The notes beneath the pieces were generated by a model that was not told where the DNA came from, ran no database searches, and saw only the letters and a list, made by a program, of their open reading frames with translations. Positions 9,787 through 20,696 of a stretch of 64,000 nucleotides of DNA are shown here, piece after piece. Position 1 is the first letter of the stretch. Each line of letters opens with the position of its first letter. Source of the stretch: Emiliania huxleyi CCMP1516 (taxonomy: Eukaryota); NCBI RefSeq assembly GCF_000372725.1, contig NW_005201493.1, positions 342,475 to 406,474 of the forward strand, in the 5' to 3' direction. The translations under genes were made by a program, and so were the position numbers.

Positions 9787-11440
9787 GCTGAGGGAGGGTG
9801 TAGAGGATGTAGAGTGTAGAGCGCTGTAGAGCTGTGGAGCTCTACATCCGCCGCGTGACGAGGCGCGTGCGTTGTAGAGCGGTGTAGAGGCGCTCTACAA
9901 CGTGAAATCTCTACAACAAACTCTACATCTGCATCAGCGGCGACGAGGCACGGTCGCTCTCCGACATGAGGCGCGTTGCACTTGCCAGTGCTGCCCTGGC
10001 CTTCTGTCTGCCCGCCCAATGGGTGGCAGGTGCCTCTGCTGCTGTGGCATGCCTCACGGCTGCGACTGGCCGGCGCCTCGGCGCGTCAGCTCGGCTTCGC
10101 ACGCCGTGCCGACGTCGAGCTCGTCGAGCCACAGGAGCGGGAGCTCGGCGCCAAAGTCGTCCGTGTAGAAGGTCAGCGCGGGCGAGCACGGGTCCGCCTC
10201 GCTATCGACCGACTCACTCTCGACCGGCTCGCTCCTCTCGGGCTCGCTCCTCGCGGGCTCCGCTGCCGCCTTTTTCGCCGGTGGCTCGGCCGCTGACGGC
10301 GATGACGTCCTGACGGTTCTCTTGCGTTTGTGCAGCCGCTGGCGGCGGTTCTGAAACCACACCTGCGCCATCGAATCGGAGGTTCAGACGCTGTGCGTGG
10401 AGCGGGCGGTCCGCTCGCAGCTCGCGCCTGCACTTGGCGCGGGTTCAGGTTGCACTCCTCCGCGAGACGTCGAGTGAGGAACGAATCGGGCGTGGTCTTG
10501 AGATCGAACGTGGCTTCCAGGATGGCGCGCTGCTCCGGCTTAAGTGACCTGGTGTAGTGAGGAGGGCGGTGGCATAAGTGATCGACGGTGACGAAGGCGG
10601 TGGCGTCGAGGGCGGAGGTGGAGTGGGTGGTGGCGGAGAGATTGGTGGCGATGAGGCAGTGGCGCAGAGGCGGCGACCTTGTCGATGGCCGCATCGGTTC
10701 TCCGGCTGATGATCAGGCCGTTCGGGACAAGGGAGCCGACTAGGAAGCCGACAGGAGTAAAGGGCACCACGGCTTGCCTTTTGAAACTTCGGAGTTAGCC
10801 GCCGATATTGCAACAGCCGCGTCCAAGCCCCGCAAGGAGAAAAAAGAAATATTCGAGCAACAACTTACGCCTGCGTGTCAGTGATAGTCAGGGCCGTCCA
10901 TCAGAGCTCTAGTAAGCTCGGAGACACCCCATTAGTGCGACTCGACCTCTTTGAGTCACTGCCTTCCCGGCGGGTTGGGAGAGAGATTTTTAGAAGCCAA
11001 CAAGAAATGTGTCACAGAAAGTGGTTTGGGCTCGGCAGCTTGTCGACTACCGGCCGGAGCCGGAGTCGGAACCGTAGCCGAGATGGTCGTCGAGGGTGTC
11101 GAATATGTTCTTGCGGGTTGGCTGTAGGAGCAGGCGGACATCGCTTCCAGGGAGGGGGGCGTGCTTCTGCTCACGCCCCCCCCCCCCGGGGAGGGGAGTT
11201 CCCCCGTTTTGAAGGCCTTTTCAACAAAATTTTCAGCAAAAGGGGGTTTTACTTCGGTTTACAACGCGGGGGCATTGTCACGGGGCGGAGTGAAAGCTTT
11301 AAGGTTTTACAGGGGTTTAAAACGCACGCGCCTTGTCCCGCAGGGGATATAGAGCTTTGCAGCTTTAAAGCGCTCCAGAGCGGTTTATTTACAGCTTTTA
11401 AAGGGCTTTACCCTTTACATCCTTTACCCCCTCCCTCAGC
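9787..11440. mobile_element. Non-autonomous TIR element, 1654 bp, 6-bp TSD TCGAGT, containing a homeobox gene
   Basis: Left end GCTGAGGGAGGGTGTAGAGGATGTAGAG..., right end ...CTTTACATCCTTTACCCCCTCCCTCAGC; inverted similarity extends over ~100 bp. tcgagt at 9781-9786 and 11441-11446. Confidence 0.78.
10054..10694 (-). CDS. Homeodomain transcription factor (non-TALE, Q50); GC-AG intron 10363-10427
   Basis: Spliced product HYTRSLKPEQRAILEATFDLKTTPDSFLTRRLAEECNLNPRQVQ|VWFQNRRQRLHKRKR, followed by an acidic tail. Confidence 0.88.
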
Positions 11441-11985
11441 TCGAGTGGAGGGTCCCCCCACTGTTTGGTACCACCCCCGGCCCATTTAAAGTCAGGGGGG
11501 GCCCCCCCCCCCCCCAGCAGCAGCGCTCTGCTGCTGGGGGGGTCGGGACCCCCCCCCCCCTAGCAGCAGGGATGACTTTAGATGTGCAGGGGGGGTACCG
11601 AGCAATGTGCGGCCGCTCGTGGCGGCACGCCCGCCTCCGTTGGCCACTCCTACGCCTTCGGCAGCACCGAGGAGAAGGCCCGCCGCGCCTGAACACATGG
11701 GCTGCAAGGCGCGCGGGCAGCCCGGCCAACCCTTCTCCCACAAGACCGGCCACGGCTACGTCAAGGCGCATCGCGGTTTCTACCACGACGCGATCTTTGT
11801 CAAGCGCAACAACTTTAACCTGCGGCTCCACGAGACGTTCGGCGGCGGCTTCTCGCCCACCGCCGTTCTCAAGGTAGCTGCGCCGCCTCGCGCGCAAGGT
11901 CGCGCGCGGCAGCGTCGACCGCACGGCCTACTCGCCCAAGTACTCGCTCTCTTTTATGTCCCACCATGGTCCATGCAGAGCGCAT
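11441..11985 (+). pseudogene. Degenerate retroelement-like coding fragment (right part)
   Basis: GGTPASVGHSYAFGSTEEKAR / GCKARGQ...GYVKAHRGFYHDAIFVKRNNFNLRLHETFGGGFSP, with frameshifts. 11450-11600 is homopolymer-rich and looks low quality. Confidence 0.35.
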
Positions 11986-12135
11986 CTCTCTCTCTGTTGT
12001 GCGAGGCGTGAACCGCGCCATTCGCTCTCACCTGGCAACCCTGTCTGCACGTCTCGCGCGCGCGTGAACAGGGCTCCAGGCCCCAAATGATGTGTGAGTG
12101 TTAGAGTTGTTTGGTATTGCTACCCCCCCCCACCA

Positions 12136-12139
12136 CACA

Positions 12140-12195
<56 letters not shown>

Positions 12196-12196
12196 C
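12136..12196. repeat. (GCAC)n microsatellite
   Basis: Directly visible. Confidence 0.95.
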
Positions 12197-12357
12197 ATGC
12201 ATACGCAGAGCACGAGCACTTGGAGCACTTGGAGCGCAGTCATTACCGCAGAATTCTCTCTCTCTCCAATGCTCCAATGGGGATGCACTGACGGTCAAAA
12301 CAAACTCTCTCTCTCTCTGACGGTCGGCCGTCAGAAAACACGCCTCCGTGGCTGGGG

Positions 12358-12550
12358 AAAAAAGAAAGAAAACGCACAACCCAAGGGAGGGAGGGATGGG
12401 AGGACGGCACGCCGCCACCACACAAGGATTTTAAGGAGAGGGGTGTGGTGCACTAGCCGTCGCCCACCCTTGGGCGTCCGCCTCTTCCTATCTCTCTTCG
12501 CAGTCTCTCTCCGATTCTCTCGCTGCGATCTTCGTGCCACCTCGCGGTCG
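12358..12550 (-). repeat. Dispersed repeat B (SINE-like), reverse copy
   Basis: Reverse complement aligns with 22035-22221 (gggtgggcgacggctag...ccttaaaatcc...ctcccatccctcccttgggttgt..tttctttc). A short 3' copy lies at ~30612-30658. Confidence 0.8.
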
Positions 12551-12607
12551 CCCCCTTCTCGAAAATAAATAAAAAATAAGCCAGTTTTTTTTCTTTTTTT
12601 GCACCTA

Positions 12608-15496
12608 ATGGGGATGCGGAGCACACGCCTGATCGCGGCGATCACCGCGCTAGCCGCGGCCCCCGCCGCCGCACTGACGGTCGGCCCGACGCTTCGGCCG
12701 GCGGCCGGCGCGGCGCAGCGCACCTCCGGCCGCGTCCGGGCCGTCGCAGAGCTCGTGCGCGCAGACTCGCCGCCGGCGATCGGCACCGCGCTGCCCGACT
12801 GCCCGCCGACGATATGGGACGCGGACGAGATCGACATCGAGGCGTGGCAGAAGCAGTACCGGGAGGAGGGTCTGCCCGTTTGCCCGATTGAGATCCACGC
12901 CACCGAGGCGGCCAACGCCGCGGGCGCCGCGTGGTTTGTCGAGCGGCGCGAGGAGCTCAAGGCGACGCTCGAGAAGCACGGGACGATCTGGTTCCGCGGG
13001 TTCGAGCTGATGAAGGATGCGGACGGGTTCCGCTCCTTCTGGGAGTCGCTCGACCTCGACCCGTGCCTCGACCCGCTCCACACCTCGGGCCTCCGCAAGT
13101 TCCTCTCAAAAGACGACGCGCTGTACGAGGAGGCGAGCGCCGCCACCTCTGCACGCCGCCGCCTCCCGCGCCGCCGCCTCCCACGCCACCGCCTCCCACG
13201 CCACCGCCTCACGCCGCCGCCGGCCTCGCCACCCTCGTCGCCGCTAGCCTCATACCCCACCGACGCCTCGCCGCCGCCACCACCACACTCGCCGCCGCTG
13301 CCGCCGCTGCTGCCGGAGGCGCAAACGAGGCAAGGCGTTGGGGGCGGCCTGGCGCCGCACTTCCAGCGACTCGCCCTGGAGGCGCCTCCGGCGACGAGGA
13401 GGGAGAAGAAGGGCTTGACCGCCGTTTGCCCGCCTCTCGCCACCGCCTCCCTCGCCGCCGCCACCGCCGGCCCCTCCGCCCCCCTCGCCTCCGCCCTCGC
13501 CGCCCCCACCCTCGCCGCCTCCCTCGCCACCGCCTCCCTCGCCGCCGCCACCGCCGGCCCCTCCGCCCTCGCCGCCTCCACCCTCGCCGCCTCCCTCGCC
13601 CCCGTCCTCACCACCGCCGCCGTCGCCCCCACCGCCTCTTGTGCCCGCAGGTCAACAAGGAGTCGCTCTCCATATCTCCATATATCTCCCCATATCTCCC
13701 CCCCGCAGGTCAACAAGGAGTCGCTCTCGAAGCACTACATCGGGCTGCACAACGAGAGCACGTTCAAGAAGACGGCAAAGGCGGGCGCCTTCGTCTGCTT
13801 CAAGCCCGCCACCGGCTGGGGAGGCGACTTCTTCCTCGCGGACGGCGAGGCAGTCTTCCGCGTGGAGCCCTCCAGGAGCCTTCCAGGAGCCTTCTAGGCG
13901 ACTTCTTCCTCGCGGACGGCGAGGCGATCTTCTGCGAGGAACCCTCCAGGAGCCTTCCAGGAGCCTTCTAGGCGAGTTCTTCCTCGCGGACGGCGAGGCA
14001 GTCTTCCGCGTGGAGCCCTCCAGGAGCCTTCCAGGAACCTTCTAGGCGACTTCTTCCTCGCGGACGGCGAGGCGATCTTCTGCGAGGAACCCTCCAGGAG
14101 CCTTCCAGGAACCTTCTAGGCGAGTTCTTCCTCGCGGACGGCGAGGCGATCTTCTGCGAGGAACCCTCCAGGAGCCTTCCAGGAACCTTCTAGGCGACTT
14201 CTTCCTCGCGGACGGCGAGGCGATCTTCTGCGAGGAACCCTCCAGGAGCCTTCCAGGAGCCTTCTAGGCGAGTTCTTCATCGCGGACGGCGAGGCGATCT
14301 TCCGCGATCTCGACCCCGAGGTGCTCCGCGAGATCATGAGGCGGAAGGTCCGCATCTCGGTGTCGAATCTCGATTTCGATTTGCTCGACAAGCTGCCGCC
14401 GCCGCAAAAGGAGGCGGCGATGCGCAAGCTCGAGCAGATGGTTGCGGACGGCGTCGCGCCAAAGTTCGACATGGACCTGGAGATGCTCTGGGGGACGGAC
14501 GGGCGCGCGATGCGGCTGCAGGCCGTGCAGAACGCGCAGTCTCCGGTCAACCGCCACCCCGCCACCGGCCGGCCGGCGTGGTTCTGCAACCTGCACAACC
14601 AGGCGCGCTTCCTGCGCGAGCGGAGGCCGTGCGGCACGCCCGAGGTATGCATGGCCGACCTCCACTTTGGCGACCCTTCTAGCACCCTCTGGGAGCCTTC
14701 CTGGAACCTTCTAGGTTGGCATGACCGACATCTACTTTGGCGACCTCTCGCTCATCCCCGGCGGGATGCTGCAGCACATCAACGAGGTGTCGGAGAAGAG
14801 ACGCTGTTCACACCTGCAGCTGTGAACAGGCGGGATGCTGCAGCACATCAACGAGGTGTCGGAGAAGAGACGCTGTTCACACCTGCAGCTGTGAACAGGC
14901 GAGATGCTGCAGCACATCAACGAGGTGTCGGAGAAGAGACGCTGTTCACACCTGCAGCTGTGAACAGGCGAGATGCTGCAGCACATCAACGAGGTGTCGG
15001 AGAAGAGACGCTGTTCACACCTGCAGCTGTGAACAGGCGAGATGCTGCAGCACATCAACGAGGTGTCCGAGAAGAACATCGTCACCGTGCCGATGCAGCC
15101 CGGCGAGGTGCTGCTCTGCGACAACTACCGCGTGCTGCACGGGCGTGACATCTTCGACGGCGACCTCCCCACACCTCCCCACACCTCCCCACACCTCCCC
15201 ACACACCCCCATCCCTCCCCCTCATACCTCCCCATCCCTCCCCCTCATACCTCCCCATACCTCCCCATTCCTCCCCATACCTCCTCGTACCTCCCCATAC
15301 CTCCCCCCACATCTCCCCACATCTCCCCACATCTCCCCATACCTCCCCATACCTCCTCATACCTCCCCACGTCTCCCCGAGAGCAGGCGACCGCCTGCAC
15401 GCCGTCTCCTGGTTCGGCGACGAGAAGCTGCAGGACGACAGCGCGGCCAACAAGCCGGGCGACCTGCTCAACGTCGTGCTCAACTCGGCCTTCTGA
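12608..15496 (+). CDS. TauD/TfdA-family (SyrP-like) Fe(II)/2-oxoglutarate dioxygenase, probably plastid-targeted; exons 12608-13132, 13709-13823, 14268-14644, 14715-14760, 15037-15159, 15387-15496
   Basis: HGTIWFRGF, IGLHNES (HxE), HPATGRPAWFCN and GEVLLCDNYRVLHGR all join in frame with these GT/GC-AG introns. N-terminal signal-peptide-like leader. Confidence 0.9.
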
Positions 15497-16456
15497 CGGG
15501 GGGCGCAGCCAGCTAGTGGGGGGGCGCGGTACGCCAAACGCCATGCGCATGCAGCATGGGCTCGAGGCCGAGCGTGGAACAGTGTGCAGTGAGAGACACT
15601 TGAGTCACTGGGCGAGTCTCTGTTTCACACTGTGCGAGCATGACGGCCGCTAGATAGCGAGTGACGGGCGCTGAGATGGACGGCCGGGCTGATGGATGTT
15701 CGTATTGACAGCACACGGACGATTAGAGTCGATACACGCACACGCACTAAATTATACACACACTGTCGACACACGACACGTACACGCAGCTCGCGCGCGC
15801 CATGTGGTGGACCGCGTGGGGCGGCTGCCGCCTGCCACCGGCCACGCCCGCCACGCGAGCCGCCGCACCGCCACTGGCTCCGGTGGGGAGCCTAGGCTCC
15901 GCACACCGCATCGGTCGGCCTCGTGGCGCAGCCACAGCAGCCTCTCTTTCGTGGCACTAATAGCTCGGACCGGTCCCCGCCCAAGCGAATACCGTCAGAA
16001 TTGGAGGCTCAGCACACGAACGGCACCAAGTGGTTTGCGGGCCAATTCAATTTGATGTACGACTGCTGGGTGACGATCGCCCGGGCCGAGAGATAGGTGG
16101 GGTAGGTCAACCCCGCGAACACGAGCAGCGCGTTGATTTGCGAGGGAGCGGGCATGGGACCTGCGTGCCGCGGGGTCTGCCGTGTGAGCATGCCGGTAGA
16201 TGGACAGGGCGGAACGAGAGGCGAGTCGAAGTGTGAAAGTGTGGGGCATCGAGGCGTGGGCGGGGCAGGGACCGCGAAGGGAGTCGATGAATGGCAGATT
16301 CCCACTGAAGATCTGCGGCGCATCATAGTGCCCGCGCCGCGTGACAGGATTGCTCACAGCTGTGTGAGCGCTGTCGGAGCAGTGTTTCGACACCGATGGT
16401 GTCCAGTCCGAGCCTGGCTGTTCTTCACCTTTCTACCTACCCACCTTCTCTCTCAC

Positions 16457-16682
<226 letters not shown>

Positions 16683-16784
16683 GCCGTGGGGCTCCTATCT
16701 TTTAGACGTGGAGTCGCGAGGGATGCCTGGCCCCTTGCCCCACCACCTTGCGTGTTGAGAAATTTACCTGGCCTTGCCTTAGGT

Positions 16785-17258
16785 CGCCCTCGCCGCGCTC
16801 GTCGGTCGCTCGCCGCAGCCTGGCTTTCGCTCCTCGGTGAGGCGACGCACACGCCAGAGGAGCCGCCGCCGCCCAACGCTTCGCAGCTGCTGGTCCCGAT
16901 GCCGCGTCCCGTGGTCAGCTTGGGCCTCGTGCAGCAGCTAGACGTCGCACTCGTCGCGCTCATCGCCGCCAGCGCAAACCTCTGGTGGTGCGGGCGGCGG
17001 CGCGCGGCAGCTTGGCTGCTCTGCGCCAGCTTCGTGGTCCGCACTTGGCTGCAACAGCCAATCACGGCACTTCTCCCAGTCGAAGCGCTGCCGCCCTTCG
17101 TCGACCTGCTCCGCTCCAACGCGCTGCGCTGCGCCTTCTTCGTGTTCGCGGCCCTCGTCGGCGCCTCCCCCCTCTCCTTCCGAGAAGGCACAGCCGCGCT
17201 CCTCGCTGTTGTGGCCGCGTGGCTCGTCCAGGCGTGTGTGTCCTGTACAGCCCCATGA
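16785..17258 (+). CDS. Possible exon of a membrane protein
   Basis: Several hydrophobic segments (VALVALIAASANLWW, LRCAFFVFAALVG, ALLAVVAAWLVQAC) after a ccttag acceptor. No clear start or family. Confidence 0.25.
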   Translation, partial: RPRRARRSLAAAWLSLLGEATHTPEEPPPPNASQLLVPMPRPVVSLGLVQQLDVALVALIAASANLWWCGRRRAAAWLLCASFVVRTWLQQPITALLPVEALPPFVDLLRSNALRCAFFVFAALVGASPLSFREGTAALLAVVAAWLVQACVSCTAP

Positions 17259-17699
17259 TGGTGGTCGCATTGCTGTTGCTTCCCCATGATGGTCGCGGCC
17301 GGCTCCCTCGCTGCGCGTGCTATCTGCTATCCCCCAGGGAAAGCGGGGAGTTCAGGGAGACCGCAGGTGGGGTGACACTGGCCACACCGCCCAACACGGT
17401 CGCACACACGATACACTCTAGTAGTAATATACCCGTGCGCGCATGGCATTGTCAGACAGAGGTGACACAGACACGTGTTGTCGTTTCACTTCCAGCATCC
17501 CCAGGATTAATCTTCCAGGGGCTCCTAAAAAAAACGCGCAGACAAAAACGCGGCATTTTTTAGCTTGGTCGTTTGTGGAATGGTGCTCTTGTGGTTGTGG
17601 ATTGTGCGGTGTGCGCCGGATTAGAATTTTATGAGAGACGCGCGCCCCCCGACTTTATCTTGGAAGCGATATGTGGAGCGCCCACCACACCAACCCCAG

Positions 17700-17910
17700 C
17701 CTCTGTCCATCCCCACACCCAACGGTTGCAGCGAATGCTACGTCCCGCCACCGACAGCAAGCCCGCCACAATGCCAGGGCTTCTGTGAAGCAAAGACGCA
17801 ACCCTGGGACGCCCGGTGCAGCTGGGCCGGCTGCGGCGGCTGCACCGAGTGCGGCGCCGAGTCCGAGTGCAAGCCGTTTTGTGAGGACAAGAGGCAGGGC
17901 TATGCAACTG
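17700..17910 (+). pseudogene. Fragment of a Cys/Trp-rich extracellular repeat
   Basis: CQGFCEAKTQPWDARCSWAGCGGCTEC...CKPFCEDKRQ is a repeated Cys module with no complete gene context. Confidence 0.4.
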
Positions 17911-18412
17911 TGACCAGTGTGTGCTGTCAACGCCTGAACCAGGTGTCAAATCTGCCGATGCGTGATCTGTGCGTGGGCTGCTCTGTGAGGGGTCCAGGCG
18001 TTGTCCGACGGGTAGGGGGTCTGTGCCCGGGCGGTGTCCGGTGCGGAGTCTCTCTCTGATCCCGCCTGTGCTGTTGGGTGCGAGGTCGTGGAAGCTTCGA
18101 TCCCAAGGGGGGGAGCTGATCCCACTCGGTAACCAACTCTCAGGGGCAGTAGGGGTGGGCGAGCTTCAAGCGCGCTCATCTCGATCGTCAAGGCGTCGCT
18201 ACGCGCGGTCTTCCGCGGGGGGAGCTTCGTCGACGGGTGCAGGACCGCAGCGCAGACAGTGCTGCGGCGATGCCTCCGGCTGGTGCGGCGAGTGTTTGCT
18301 GCTCGCTGCGATGGCGAAGAACTCGTCTCGTCACACACCAAGGGCTTATGCTCTGGCGAGACGTGAGGCGTATGCGCCCAGGAGGGGAGGGCGCATGCGT
18401 AACGACGCTGCT

Positions 18413-18613
18413 AGAGATGCCTTTCGGGGCCCAGAGATAAAACTTCTGATGCCATGCGTGACCTAGTAGTGTCCCCAGCTATGGGCGTGTCCACGTTGGA
18501 GCCAGGTGTGGTGTGGACGCGAGAATAGCTCCGCCGTTCATGGAGGCAACCGATGCGAGTCGACTGGTGTGTGTCGTCGTGGTTTCGTATCAGGAATACT
18601 CACTCACACACCA
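18413..18613 (+). repeat. ~200-bp dispersed repeat C, copy 1
   Basis: Near-identical reverse-complement copy at 22558-22760; ends in actcactcac. Confidence 0.92.
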
Positions 18614-19249
18614 GCGTTGCACACCCACTATCCGGTCAACTCGTGATCTATGAGCGTAAGGCCGGCAAGGCGCGTGGAACTATTGAGTCAAAATACCTTT
18701 TGGGGTCTATCGAGGTCGCGCGCGTGTGTGTGTGTGTGTGTATCCGTGGCCGCACCTCACGACGTATGAACGCAAACTTTGAGCTAATACACGTGAAGGT
18801 ACCTGGCCTGATCATGAGAACGCGAGGCAAGTTCTTTGGATACCACCGGATGAATACGATCGAAGATCGTCGCTCTATCGATTTGGATGTCTACAAGGTG
18901 AAGGCAGGCCTGCTCATCAACTTGTCGAATGGAGCCCAGGGCCCGCAGAGTCCAAATTCTACAAGACAAAGCTGGGCGATATTCTCCTTCGGTACAACGA
19001 TGGGGGTTTCACTGGCTTCGACGACTTGCTGTTTACTCGCTCTGAGCGGGTCGAGAGGGAGGAGTCAGAATTCGTGGCAGAGCAGATGAGGGAGGGATGC
19101 CCTGGTGTGCCCTAGTGTGTTCCCTTACACCCCTGCCCGGGAGCAGTAGCGCGGTGCGCGTCCCGAGGGCGTAGGGGCTCAAAAAACAATTATGTTTTCA
19201 GCCACTTAGAGCACACAGTGACTGCGGCGGCTGCGACATTGCCATACAG

Positions 19250-19415
19250 CATACTCAGCTCGGTCGAGGTGTTCAACGGCACTTCGTGGAACGCCGGGCC
19301 GGCCCTCACCACTGCCCGCGAAAGCTTCGGGCTCGCGTCGCACAACGGCCTCCTGTACGCCGTGGGGGGGAGGGACAGCAGCTACACCACAATCAGCTCG
19401 GTCGAGGTGTTGCAA
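19250..19415 (+). pseudogene. Isolated single Kelch repeat fragment
   Basis: LSSVEVFNGTSWNAGPALTTARESFGLASHNGLLYAVGGRDSSYTTISSVEV. Confidence 0.7.
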
Positions 19416-19510
19416 GCAAAAAACCGCGTGCCACGCTGTGAAACTCCACCTGCCGCCCCATGGTGAGCTGCCTGCCCAAAAGCAGAGCCCGCCACAGAGC
19501 TTCATGTTCG

Positions 19511-20281
19511 ATGATGCTCGCCTACCTCGCCTGCGTCCCGGCCTTCACCCTGCCGGACGGCCGGGTCGGCCACGTCCTCCGCAGCGAGAGCGCCGTCTCC
19601 GACCTGATCCGCGACCGCGTCGCCGAGGTTGCACGCGTTGCCATCGCCGAAAAGGGCTGCTTCTCCCTCTCCATTGGCTCCGGCACCACCGTCGAGCCGC
19701 TCGCGAGCCTAGCGGGCGCGCTCGACTGGTCGTGCGTCCACCTCTTCTTTGGGAACGAGAGGACAGAGGGCGAGGCTGCGGGCAAGTGCTGGGCCGGCGC
19801 CGAGGAGCTGATTGCGACGTGCGGCGTGGGCCACGTCCACAGGGTGCCGGCCGGACCGGCGGCCGACGCGGCGGAGGCGTACAGCCGAACGCTGCTCGAT
19901 TCGCCTGCTGTCGGCACCTGCGAGGGCACGGGGCTGCCATCGCTGGACTGCGTGCTGCTCGGGAGCGGCGCGGACGGCCACTGCGCCTCGCTCTACCCCG
20001 GCTCGGCGCAGGTTGTCGTCTCGCCCGGGTGCGATCGCGCCTGCCTCGAGGCGGAGGGCAAGGGCGGCGTGACCCTGAGCATCGACGCCATCAGCTCCGC
20101 CCGCACCGTGCTTCTCTCGGCAGCCAAGCCGGAGCAGGCGGCAATGGTACGCAAATGCTTGGGCTGGTCCAACGCGGAGCGGAACACGGGCATGCCCGCT
20201 GGGATGGTCACCTGCGCATACGGCGCGCAGGTCGAGTGGCTACTGACTGATGCGAGCGCGGTCGAGCTACCTGCCCTGTGA
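19511..20281 (+). CDS. pgl: 6-phosphogluconolactonase-like protein (glucosamine-6-P isomerase fold)
   Basis: AIAEKGCFSLSIGSGTT, DWSCVHLFFGNER, LDCVLLGSGADGHCASLYPG, WLLTDASA. Intronless. Confidence 0.85.
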   Translation: MMLAYLACVPAFTLPDGRVGHVLRSESAVSDLIRDRVAEVARVAIAEKGCFSLSIGSGTTVEPLASLAGALDWSCVHLFFGNERTEGEAAGKCWAGAEELIATCGVGHVHRVPAGPAADAAEAYSRTLLDSPAVGTCEGTGLPSLDCVLLGSGADGHCASLYPGSAQVVVSPGCDRACLEAEGKGGVTLSIDAISSARTVLLSAAKPEQAAMVRKCLGWSNAERNTGMPAGMVTCAYGAQVEWLLTDASAVELPAL

Positions 20282-20696
20282 ACCCGTGTGGTAGGAGCGC
20301 ATATCGTGAGTGCTCCACAAAATACCGTCCGTACAAGCAATAAATAAATAAATAAAACGGACACGTACAAGCACTTCACAAGCGCGTGTCCACCCCCCAT
20401 TTTCGCTTTGTGTTTTCTCGCCGCCGTGTGTGAGGTGTGTGCCGTCCACAAGAATCACAAGACACGTAATCGGTACAAGTGCTCCAAAGTGCTCCAAGGT
20501 ACGCTTATGGTACACACAGTAAGGCATATGACAGACCCCATGCCCAGGTGCAGCACCGTAACTATCTCTCGATCGGACCGCTCGGGCCCTCGCGGCGATC
20601 GATGCGCTGCCGTGGCGCGCTGTACATGGGCGTGGGGGGGGGTCCGCTTGACAATGGCCCGCTTGCGCCCGGCACGACGCCTGGAGCGTGGCCATC

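Noticed and set aside
13824..15036. Repeat-spacer-like arrays resembling CRISPR
   Set aside because: The 'spacers' are identical copies of the adjacent exon, the context is eukaryotic and no cas genes are present. The same applies to 26386-27381.
15880..16220. Small minus-strand ORF (MPAPSQINALLVFAGL...)
   Set aside because: Short, no recognisable family and no confident exon structure.
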